From contig JAZQXT010000075.1 in NCBI GenBank assembly GCA_045633005.1, forward strand, positions 20,441 through 84,440: 64,000 nt of DNA, read 5' to 3'. Source of the stretch: Eubacteriales bacterium. Its GTDB lineage: Bacteria > Bacillota > Clostridia > Oscillospirales > CAG-272. The first letter of the stretch is position 1; every line of letters starts with the position of its first letter. Positions 29,799 to 38,701 of this stretch are shown here, one piece after another. The notes beneath the pieces were generated by a model that was not told where the DNA came from, searched no databases, and saw only the letters and a list, made by a program, of their open reading frames with translations. A program made the translations under genes and the position numbers.

Positions 29799-31751
29799 TT
29801 ATTCAACCAACGATATCAGCTTGTTTATAGAATTATATCTTCCCGCGTTGTTTTTGCACTTCATAACGACGGCTATGTATTCCTTGCCGTCGATATCAAA
29901 GACGGCGCAGATGCAATATCCCGCAGAGTTTGTCGTTCCCGTTTTGAAGCCGATGGCGTTGGGATTATAGAAACCGTCTTCGGGATCGAGCAGACGATTG
30001 GTGTTGGTCCACGTTTTTTTCGCGCCGCCAATAAAGGTAACGGTGCATTTGTGCATAGCGGTGATCTCGTTGATGGTCGGATAGGTCTTTCTTATGTGAT
30101 GTGCTATCGTCACAATATCGGCAATGGTTGTGTAATGGTTGTCGTGAGACTCGCCTACCGCATTCATAAAGTGGGATGAATTTGCACCGATCTCCTTGGC
30201 GTAGTCGTTCATAAGTTCGACGAAGTAATCAAGCGCGTCGTTGTCACTCATATTCTTATCGCCCGAAACGAAACGCGAAACGTGTACTGCGATAGTGTAC
30301 GCCGCGTCACTTCCCGAGGGAAGAAGCATTGCCACCAGCGCATCGCGCAGGGTCAATTTTACTCCCACGTCAAGGTATGCTCGGCTCAGCTCGAGGTTGA
30401 CGAGATAAAGCTCGTTCCCCGTCTTGAGCACGGTGTCCTCGGGCAGATATTTGAGTGCGGTTGCCGCGCAAAGAAGCTTTGTGATGCTTGCGGGCGCTAC
30501 GCGCAGATCGGCGTTGCTTTCGCATATCATTTGAAGCGTATCAGCCTCGTAAAGTCCGTAGTATTTGGTAGAGAGCTTGAGAGATGAGTCAGCCAACGCC
30601 TCGCATACCGTGCAGACGTTGTTGGAAAAGGTATGTCCCAATGGGTCGGAATATACGGGCTCAACGATAACGGCGTTGCACGTTGAGCATTTAACGCTTT
30701 CGGTGTAACCGCGTCTTGTGCAGGTGGGCTCGCCGCCTTCGACCGTTACGAGCGTGTGCTCCGTGGGCTCGGTGGTAGTAAATTCGGAGAGGGGAACGCC
30801 GCAACGCGAGCAGCCCAAATGCTCGGATACTCCGTACATTGAGCAGGTAGGTGCTACGGCTGGGATGGTTATGGGGTTATGATCGAGTGCGGGGATGGTT
30901 TCGGGTGCGGTAAAGGTGATCTTGCACGTCGAGCAGATAACGCTGTCGGTGCAGCCGTCCTCCGTGCAGGTGGGCGCCGTGCCCTTTACGGTCTTTTTGC
31001 TGTGTCCGAGGGCGGGAATGACCTCCGATTCAACAAGCACCTCGTTGCATTGCGAGCAGTAGGTCTTTTCGGTCTTGCCGTCCTTCGTGCAGGTAGCCGC
31101 CTTGCCCTTTGCCGTTATCGGCGTGTGCTCAAGTGCGGCGATGGGCTGTGCTTCAAGCGTTACCGCGCCGCATACGGAACACGCTTCGCTTTCGGTGAAG
31201 CCCGCCTCCGTGCAGGTGGGAGCTTTGCCCTCGACCGTAATGACGGTGTGTTCGAGAGCCTTGATGGGCTGTGCTTCAAGCGTTACGGTGCTGCATACGG
31301 AGCACACCTCGCTTTCGGTGTAGCCGTCCTCCGCGCAGGTGGGTGCTTTGCCGTCAACTGCTACGGGCGTGTGACCGACAGCCGCGATCACCTCTCCCTC
31401 GCGTATAACGGCGGAGCAAAGCGCGCATACCGAGCCTTCCGTGCGTCCATCCTCGGTGCAGGTGGGGGCGACCGCCTCAACCGTAACGGAGCTGTGCTCC
31501 GCGAGCGGCAGAGTCTCAACCTCGCTTTCGCCGCACGCGCACGAGCGTTGCTGTGAGCCTTGGGACGTGCAGGTGGATGCCGAGATAAGCGACCATTCGC
31601 CGAATTCGTGAACGTGCGCCGCGGTAGTGCCTGCCGACGCATCACCTGAAGAATCGCATCCTGTGCATAAGATGATAAGTAAGATCAAAAAAACGGTGAA
31701 AAGCGATGACGGTAAAAGTTTGACCATCGGTTTTTTTGTGTTCATAGCCAT
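29799..31751 (-). CDS. D-alanyl-D-alanine carboxypeptidase (S11 penicillin-binding protein) lipoprotein with eight N-terminal 41-aa Cys/His repeats
   Basis: Lipobox LIILCTGC. Eight exact-period repeats (see the repeat feature). PBP motifs are ASITK (SxxK), PSGSD (SxN-like) and FKTGTT (KTG). The start may be M1 (31751) or M3 (31745), and GGAG spacing favours M3. Confidence 0.85.
   Translation of the reverse strand: MAMNTKKPMVKLLPSSLFTVFLILLIILCTGCDSSGDASAGTTAAHVHEFGEWSLISASTCTSQGSQQRSCACGESEVETLPLAEHSSVTVEAVAPTCTEDGRTEGSVCALCSAVIREGEVIAAVGHTPVAVDGKAPTCAEDGYTESEVCSVCSTVTLEAQPIKALEHTVITVEGKAPTCTEAGFTESEACSVCGAVTLEAQPIAALEHTPITAKGKAATCTKDGKTEKTYCSQCNEVLVESEVIPALGHSKKTVKGTAPTCTEDGCTDSVICSTCKITFTAPETIPALDHNPITIPAVAPTCSMYGVSEHLGCSRCGVPLSEFTTTEPTEHTLVTVEGGEPTCTRRGYTESVKCSTCNAVIVEPVYSDPLGHTFSNNVCTVCEALADSSLKLSTKYYGLYEADTLQMICESNADLRVAPASITKLLCAATALKYLPEDTVLKTGNELYLVNLELSRAYLDVGVKLTLRDALVAMLLPSGSDAAYTIAVHVSRFVSGDKNMSDNDALDYFVELMNDYAKEIGANSSHFMNAVGESHDNHYTTIADIVTIAHHIRKTYPTINEITAMHKCTVTFIGGAKKTWTNTNRLLDPEDGFYNPNAIGFKTGTTNSAGYCICAVFDIDGKEYIAVVMKCKNNAGRYNSINKLISLVE
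30597..31616 (-). repeat. In-frame tandem repeat, 8 x 123 bp (41 aa), plus a trailing CxxC
   Basis: GATGGGCTGTGCTTCAAGCGTTAC recurs at 31141 and 31264 (123 bp apart). Protein units end in His at residues 86, 127, 168, 209, 250, 291, 332 and 373. Consensus: T.(V/I)TV.GKAPTCTEDG.TES..CS.C......E...I.AL.H. Confidence 0.9.
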
Positions 31752-31936
31752 CTCCGAAAAGAATTTTTATTATACAAAATTTAATTATATTACATTTGGG
31801 CAAAAATGTCAAGATTAAGTTTTTGCCTCTACGCAACCGTTTGAATTTTCGGCAAATTTCCGAACCAAAATTCATGGCAGTAATTACTTCGGGAAATCGG
31901 TACAAAAATCTTTTTTCTAAAAACTGCAAAAAAGTG

Positions 31937-31965
31937 TTGACAAAACATTTGGATTGTGATAATAT
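31937..31965 (+). promoter_or_regulatory. Sigma-A promoter TTGACA-17-(TGa)TAATAT for tRNA-Lys
   Basis: Hexamers at 31937-31942 and 31960-31965. The tRNA begins 15 nt downstream of the -10. Confidence 0.65.
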
Positions 31966-31979
31966 ATATGGAGCCGCGT

Positions 31980-32055
31980 GATCCATTAGCTCAGACGGTA
32001 GAGCACTTGACTTTTAATCAAGGTGTCCGGAGTTCGAGTCTCCGATGGATCACCA
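31980..32055 (+). tRNA. tRNA-Lys (anticodon UUU), CCA encoded
   Basis: Cloverleaf folded by hand. Acceptor GATCCAT/ATGGATC. D arm GCTC-AGACGGTA-GAGC. Anticodon arm CTTGA-CTTTTAA-TCAAG. T arm CGGAG-TTCGAGT-CTCCG. Discriminator A plus CCA. Total 76 nt. Confidence 0.95.
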
Positions 32056-32090
32056 AAAATCCCCATCCTCAACAGAGGATGGGGATTTTT
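32056..32090 (+). terminator. Intrinsic terminator immediately after tRNA-Lys
   Basis: AAAATCCCCATCC-(8 nt)-GGATGGGGATTTT followed by T. Confidence 0.8.
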
Positions 32091-32092
32091 GA

Positions 32093-32290
32093 TGATCCAC
32101 GAGCGAACTCCGTCCGCAAGCTTGCTTGTAAGCGCCAAGACAAGGAAAACGCCGTTGGCGTTTTCAGTGAAATCCGACTTCGTCGGGTGAAATACGGCTT
32201 CGCCGTGTGAAATATTTGCCTTACGGCAAATGTGAAATATTTTGCTTCGCAAAATGTGAAGGTGGCTTTTTGCTTGCGCAAAAAGCATTT
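32093..32290 (+). repeat. Heptamer-punctuated hairpin array A (GTGAAAT x4 plus GTGAAGG)
   Basis: GTGAAAT occurs at 32167, 32187, 32207 and 32232, and GTGAAGG at 32256. Each is followed by a different short stem with a TTC/TTAC/TTGC loop: CCGAC-ttc-GTCGG, ACGGC-ttc-GCCGT, ATTTGCC-ttac-GGCAAAT, ATTTTGC-ttc-GCAAAAT, GCTTTTTGC-ttgc-GCAAAAAGC. AAAACGCC-gtt-GGCGTTTT (32147-32165) precedes them. Confidence 0.8.
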
Positions 32291-32338
32291 TATAAAATTG
32301 AATTAAGCTTTGTAGAATTAAATTATTAAGGAGCGAAA

Positions 32339-33187
32339 ATGCTTTACGACGTAATGAATGCGGCGGGGTTTCCGAAGGAAGCCCAAGATTATTTTATACT
32401 AAAGGAACAAGAGCTGTTGCGTATGGAGTGCGCGGAGCAGAGGATAGCCGACGCTGTGGCGGCGGTATGCACGGACGGCGCGGAGTTCATCCCGCTTCTC
32501 GAAGCGCTCTCGGCGGATAGCGGCGTGCCGCGCTACGCCTCCGATATGATAGTGCTGCTCTACGCCGCCGAAAAGATGGCGGAGCGATACAAGGAAGCAG
32601 GGCTGTCCGACGAAATATATATTGACACGATATCCGACCTTCGCAACAAGCTTTACGAATGCAAAAAGCTAAAGGGCGAGTGGGGAACGTTCGTGGCGTG
32701 GTGGCTTGCGGGATATTTCAGGCTCAAGCGTTTTGCCCTCGGCAGACTTCAATACGAGGTCGTGGAGCACGAGGGAGGGCACGCGCTGAACTGCCACATA
32801 CCGTCGGGCTCGCCGCTGAATTTCGAAGCCGTTATGGCTTCGCTTCGCAAAGCGTACGATTTTTATCCGCAGGTGAGGCGCGACGGCAAAATTACCGTGG
32901 TATGTCATTCGTGGTTGCTTTATCCGCCGCACAGAGAGCTGTTTTCGGACGGCGGCAACCTGCGCCGTTTCGTAGACCTTTTCACTATTACGGAAAGCAC
33001 CCCCGACCCGAAAAATCAATCCCTTTGGCTGATCTTTTATAAAAATTACAATTCCGTAAGCCTCGACGAGCTTCCGACGGATACCACGCTCCGGCGCGCC
33101 TTCGTAAAGTATCTGCGCGATGGCAACTGTATGGGCTACGGCAGGGGATATTTGATATTTGATGGTGAAAAAGTAGTATCAAAATAA
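32339..33187 (+). CDS. Conserved hypothetical protein, probably a GNAT-like acyltransferase-domain protein
   Basis: AAGGAG RBS. 282 aa. The overall pattern (helical N-terminal domain, then ...RLKRFALGRLQYEV...HIPSGSPL...VVCHSWLLYP) matches proteins I recall being annotated as acyltransferase-domain-containing. Not verified. Confidence 0.5.
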   Translation: MLYDVMNAAGFPKEAQDYFILKEQELLRMECAEQRIADAVAAVCTDGAEFIPLLEALSADSGVPRYASDMIVLLYAAEKMAERYKEAGLSDEIYIDTISDLRNKLYECKKLKGEWGTFVAWWLAGYFRLKRFALGRLQYEVVEHEGGHALNCHIPSGSPLNFEAVMASLRKAYDFYPQVRRDGKITVVCHSWLLYPPHRELFSDGGNLRRFVDLFTITESTPDPKNQSLWLIFYKNYNSVSLDELPTDTTLRRAFVKYLRDGNCMGYGRGYLIFDGEKVVSK

Positions 33188-33259
33188 AAAAGTTACGGGA
33201 ATATGCCGTACTCTAAAGGACAGTTTTTAATTCAACAGAATACAGTACCTACCGACAGA

Positions 33260-33298
33260 AAAAGGACGGAGAGTTGTAAACTCCCCGTCCTCTTTTAT
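33260..33298 (+). terminator. Intrinsic terminator after the 32339 gene
   Basis: AGGACGGAGAG-(7 nt)-CTCCCCGTCCT (one mismatch) followed by CTTTTATTT. Confidence 0.65.
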
Positions 33299-33344
33299 TT
33301 GCAAGCACTGCTTTTTGTAACTACAAATGCGATGATTCAATTCG

Positions 33345-33549
33345 TCGATATGCTTCGCTGCGCTCAGCTCGATATATTTGCCTTGCGGCAAATTCGATAT
33401 AACCGCCCTTGCGGTCGGTTTCGATATGATATTCGCCTATTTTTCTCGTGCGAAGCACATATCGAGTCCGTAAGGACATATCGAGCACGAAGTGCATATC
33501 GATCGCCGTAGGCGAATATCGATGCGTTGTGCCCTTAAGGGCACAACGC
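33345..33549. repeat. Heptamer-punctuated hairpin array B (TCGATAT x4 then its reverse complement ATATCGA x4)
   Basis: TCGATAT occurs at 33345, 33369, 33394 and 33421. ATATCGA occurs at 33459, 33478, 33496 and 33516. Interleaved hairpins include ATTTGCC-ttgc-GGCAAAT (the same stem as in array A), GTCC-gtaa-GGAC, GCAC-gaa-GTGC, TCGCC-gta-GGCGA and GCGTTGTGCCC-ttaa-GGGCACAACGC. Long-range complement: GATATTCGCC (33428-33437) with GGCGAATATC (33511-33520). Confidence 0.8.
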
Positions 33550-33556
33550 TAACCAT

Positions 33557-35114
<1,558 letters not shown>

Positions 35115-35285
35115 ATCTGCCTCCAAAATTGCATTCATTAATATAATATATCATTTTGCGCAGAAATTCAATACCAATTTGTAAATTATTTGTATTTGGG
35201 GACTTTGCCGCGATGTCTTCTGTAACATTCTTACATTTTTAAGAGCGGTTTATTTGTTAAGTTTCACAAAAAGTTTTTTTGCCTA

Positions 35286-35314
35286 TTGACAAATGTACGG
35301 CAATAATGTATAAT
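35286..35314 (+). promoter_or_regulatory. Consensus sigma-A promoter TTGACA-17-TATAAT for the 35377 SBP gene
   Basis: Perfect hexamers at 35286-35291 and 35309-35314. Confidence 0.65.
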
Positions 35315-35376
35315 TGACTTACCAATAAATGCCCTTGGGCAAATTATGCCCGCGAGCAAATTTTCAGGAGGAAAAA

Positions 35377-36885
35377 ATGAAAAACGCAACAAAGCTTATA
35401 AGCCTTGTATTGGCAGTTTTGATGATGGCTGTGGCGCTTGTTTCATGTGCTGACACCGGTGAAGGCAACACCACCACCGCCGGCGCTGTTACGACGAACC
35501 CTTCATCCGCTAACTCGGACGTTGTTCCTACCGTTCCGGACGGAGTGACCTACCCCGGTCAGACCATCAACGTAATTGCCAGCAACTACGACTGGTTTAA
35601 CGACGAGATCTACGTCGAGGCGGAGACCGGAAGTGCTATTCCCGATGCTATCTGGAAGAGAAATGACCTCGTTAAGACGAAGCTCGGTATCGAGTTCGTT
35701 TACTCGGGTCAGGATTCCAGCAGCGGTCCCGGTGGAACCAACAAGGTCGTTGGTGAGATCGACAAGCAGTACGAGGGCGGTCTTAACGACTACTCCGTAG
35801 CAGTAGGTAACTCCTACACTATGGCTACCAACACCATGGAGAACCATTTCGTTGACCTTACCGATATGGGTGCTTATTTTGATCTTGAGAAGGCTTACTG
35901 GTCTCAGGGTATGAACGATGCTCTCAGCATTGGTAGCGCTCAGTACCTCGCTACCGGTCCTATGGTTCTTTCGTCCTACAGACTTATCTACGGTACTCTG
36001 TTCAACGAGACTATGTTCAACAACCACGAGGTTGCTCTTCCTTACGATAAGGTAGATTCTAAGGAGTGGACCGTTGCTTACCAGAGAAGCATCGTAGAGA
36101 CCTTCTGTGATGCAGAGGTGGATCAGGATCCCGCTGCAACCTACGGCTTTATCGTAAACCACAATAACATCGGTTGTGACCCTTACCTCAGCGCACTCAA
36201 GGTTCCGCTCGTTGTAAAGGATGAGAACAATATGTTCAAGGTAGAGACCGATAGAGACCGTACCGTTAGTGCGATCGGTGAGGTCTGCGACCTTATCTAC
36301 AACACCAGAGGTACTTATCGTCTTGCTAGCTACGGCAACGACAGCGAGCAGGGTGATCTTGCTAAGAAGTTCTCCGAGGGTACTGCTGCAATGGCACACC
36401 TTCGTCTGATGGAGCTTGAGGGTGAGTTCATTTCTCAGATGGAAGACGTTTACGGTATTCTTCCTATGCCTCTGCTCAATTCCGATCAGGACAACTACTA
36501 CACTATGGCTCACGACCAGATCTCCGTTGTTGGCGTTCCCAACACCAGAAAGAGCGAGTCTGAGCTTGAGATGATCGGTGCGTTCCTCGATCTCATGGCA
36601 TACTACTCCTACACCGAGGTAACTCCCGTATACTACGATATGTGCCTTAAGGGCAGATATTTCGAGAACCCCCGCGCTCTCGATATGCTCGATAAGCTCA
36701 CCGAGGGTCTTTACATGGACCCCGCAGTTATCTACCACGAGATCCTTGGTGGTCCTCTCGGTAGCTGGCGTGGATGGATCGGCAGCAACAAGACCAGCGT
36801 TGCTTCCTCCATTACCATTCTCGGCAGAAATATGACTGCACACGTTAAGAAGGTTAACACCGCTTTCGAAAAGATTGCTAAGTAA
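35377..36885 (+). CDS. Extracellular solute-binding lipoprotein (ABC-type, ~502 aa), monocistronic
   Basis: AGGAGG RBS. MKNATKLISLVLAVLMMAVALVSC lipobox. Consensus promoter at 35286-35314 and terminator at 36898-36930. No permease genes are adjacent. Confidence 0.72.
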   Translation: MKNATKLISLVLAVLMMAVALVSCADTGEGNTTTAGAVTTNPSSANSDVVPTVPDGVTYPGQTINVIASNYDWFNDEIYVEAETGSAIPDAIWKRNDLVKTKLGIEFVYSGQDSSSGPGGTNKVVGEIDKQYEGGLNDYSVAVGNSYTMATNTMENHFVDLTDMGAYFDLEKAYWSQGMNDALSIGSAQYLATGPMVLSSYRLIYGTLFNETMFNNHEVALPYDKVDSKEWTVAYQRSIVETFCDAEVDQDPAATYGFIVNHNNIGCDPYLSALKVPLVVKDENNMFKVETDRDRTVSAIGEVCDLIYNTRGTYRLASYGNDSEQGDLAKKFSEGTAAMAHLRLMELEGEFISQMEDVYGILPMPLLNSDQDNYYTMAHDQISVVGVPNTRKSESELEMIGAFLDLMAYYSYTEVTPVYYDMCLKGRYFENPRALDMLDKLTEGLYMDPAVIYHEILGGPLGSWRGWIGSNKTSVASSITILGRNMTAHVKKVNTAFEKIAK

Positions 36886-36897
36886 TCTTTAATAATT

Positions 36898-36930
36898 CAA
36901 TGGACTGCGCCTTGGGCGCAGTCCATTTTT
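36898..36930 (+). terminator. Intrinsic terminator after the 35377 SBP gene
   Basis: AATGGACTGCGCC-ttg-GGCGCAGTCCATT followed by TTT. Confidence 0.8.
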
Positions 36931-36941
36931 CTTGCTTTTGA

Positions 36942-36970
36942 CTTGACAAGCTTTAAAAAGTAATATATAA
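36942..36970 (+). promoter_or_regulatory. Consensus sigma-A promoter TTGACA-17-TATAAT for the HAD-IIB/glcK unit
   Basis: Perfect hexamers at 36942-36947 and 36965-36970. Confidence 0.65.
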
Positions 36971-37013
36971 TATAAATGATTATTGGCTTTTTGTCAGACT
37001 TGGAGGAAGTAAA

Positions 37014-37724
37014 ATGATAAAACTTGTGGCATTCGACCTTGACGGAACGCTGACTCAGCATAAAACCCCGATTAGTGACGAAAATCGCGCGGTGCTTGAT
37101 CGCCTTGCCGAGAAATATACGCTTCTTATGGTAGGTGCGGGACAATGTATGCGTATTTATAAGCAGATGCGCGAATATCCCATTGATATAATAGGTAACT
37201 ACGGCTTGCAGTATGCAAGATATGACGCGAAGACGGGTGCTCCCGTTATCGAGCGTGACCTCGTGCTTCCTTGCGATAGGGAGTCCGTAACGGCGAGAGT
37301 CGAAATGCTCAGAAATAAATACGGCTTTACCGAGTACGCGGGCGAGAGCGTGGAGTTTCACCCCTCGGGCTGTGTGACCTTCCCAGTGCTTGGCACGGCG
37401 GCTAAAATAGAGGACAAGCTTGCGTTTGACCCCGACCGTTCAAAGCGCCGCAAGATATACGACGAGGTGTGCGAGGTCTTTTCCGAGTACGTCGTGTTCG
37501 TCGGTGGCTCGTCCTCGTTCGATATGGCGCCCAAGCCCTACGATAAATATTACGCGCTGTCTAAATATTGCGAGGAGCGCGGCATAGCACATAACGAGGC
37601 TGTTTTCGTAGGCGACGATTACGGCAGGGGCGGTAACGACGAGTCGGTATTCGTTTCCGATTTCGGTTTTATAAAGGTTGACGATTATACGAAGCTTGGC
37701 GAGTATGTCAAGGAACTTCTTTGA
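37014..37724 (+). CDS. HAD-superfamily hydrolase (subfamily IIB, Cof-like)
   Basis: Motif I VAFDLDGTLT. C-terminal motif VGDDYGRGGNDESV. GGAGG RBS. Confidence 0.8.
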   Translation: MIKLVAFDLDGTLTQHKTPISDENRAVLDRLAEKYTLLMVGAGQCMRIYKQMREYPIDIIGNYGLQYARYDAKTGAPVIERDLVLPCDRESVTARVEMLRNKYGFTEYAGESVEFHPSGCVTFPVLGTAAKIEDKLAFDPDRSKRRKIYDEVCEVFSEYVVFVGGSSSFDMAPKPYDKYYALSKYCEERGIAHNEAVFVGDDYGRGGNDESVFVSDFGFIKVDDYTKLGEYVKELL

Positions 37725-37738
37725 AAAGGAGATATAAA

Positions 37739-38701
37739 ATGAAATACAGAATAGGTATTGACCTTGGCGGAACGAATATCGCCGCAGGTCTTGTAGATGA
37801 AAACGCGGCAATAGTAAAAAAGGCGAGCACTCCCACGGGAGCTGAGCGTGCGCCCGAAACTATCGTGGAGGATATGGCGGCGCTTTGCCACCGTCTTATT
37901 GCGGAGGCTGGCGTGTCGATCGAGGACGTTGTCTTCGTTGGAATCGCAACCCCAGGAATTGCCGACCGCGACAACGGCGTGGTCGTTTACGCAAACAATC
38001 TGCCCTTCAGACATTTCCCCATAATCAAGTTGCTTTCCGAAAAATTCCCCGTTTCAAATATGGGAATTGAAAACGATGCCAACGCCGCCGCTTGGGGCGA
38101 GGCTGTCGCAGGTGCGGCAAAGGGAACGAGAAATTCTGTAATGATAACGCTTGGCACGGGTGTCGGCGGCGGAATCGTTATTGATAATAAGGTGTATTCG
38201 GGCTTCAACTTCGCAGGTGCGGAGCTTGGACACATCGTAATTTCCGCAGGCGGTAAGCCCTGCTCCTGCGGCAGAAACGGTTGCTGGGAGGCGTACAGCT
38301 CCGCGACCGCACTTATTAGAATGACCGCCGAAAAGATTGACGAGTGCAAGGCGGCGGGCAGAGAGACCGCTATGACCGAGCTTGTTGCCAAGAAGGGCAA
38401 GATTTCGGGCAGAACGGCATTTGACGCTATGCGTGCGGGTGACGCCGCCGCAAAGGAGGTCGTTGATTCTTACATCTACTATCTCGCTTGCGGAATCGCT
38501 AACATAGTAAATATCTTCCAGCCCGAGGTCCTTTCCATCGGCGGCGGAGTTTCCAATGAAAAGGAAAATCTTCTCACTCCCCTCGTTCCTCTGGTGAGAG
38601 CACAGCAGTACGGTGGCGACCTCGTTCCGCTTACCGATATAAGAATCGCTCAACTCGGCAACGACGCGGGTATCATCGGCGCGGCCCTCCTTAATTATTA
38701 A
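37739..38701 (+). CDS. glcK: ROK-family glucokinase
   Basis: IGIDLGGTNIAAGLVD ATP-binding motif. ROK Zn motif GHIVISAGGKPCSCGRNGCWEAY. AAAGGAG RBS precedes the ATG at 37739. Confidence 0.85.
   Translation: MKYRIGIDLGGTNIAAGLVDENAAIVKKASTPTGAERAPETIVEDMAALCHRLIAEAGVSIEDVVFVGIATPGIADRDNGVVVYANNLPFRHFPIIKLLSEKFPVSNMGIENDANAAAWGEAVAGAAKGTRNSVMITLGTGVGGGIVIDNKVYSGFNFAGAELGHIVISAGGKPCSCGRNGCWEAYSSATALIRMTAEKIDECKAAGRETAMTELVAKKGKISGRTAFDAMRAGDAAAKEVVDSYIYYLACGIANIVNIFQPEVLSIGGGVSNEKENLLTPLVPLVRAQQYGGDLVPLTDIRIAQLGNDAGIIGAALLNY

Noticed and set aside
31980-33300. Integrated mobile element or prophage remnant at tRNA-Lys.
   Set aside because: I found no integrase, transposase, phage gene or duplicated tRNA 3' end. 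Only the cassette-like arrangement is retained, as a low-confidence finding.
33203-33511. 102-aa ORF spanning hairpin array B. The ORFs at 31956-32210, 31986-32288 and 32069-32281 similarly span array A.
   Set aside because: The translations are periodic artefacts of the heptamer/hairpin repeats, have no RBS and overlap terminators. They are non-coding.
32093-33549. Possible CRISPR array, given the regularly spaced repeats with variable intervening sequence.
   Set aside because: The repeats are only 7 nt with 13-20 nt between them, and the variable parts are self-complementary hairpins. No cas genes or leader are in the window. This is not CRISPR, and I report it as a distinct repeat class instead.
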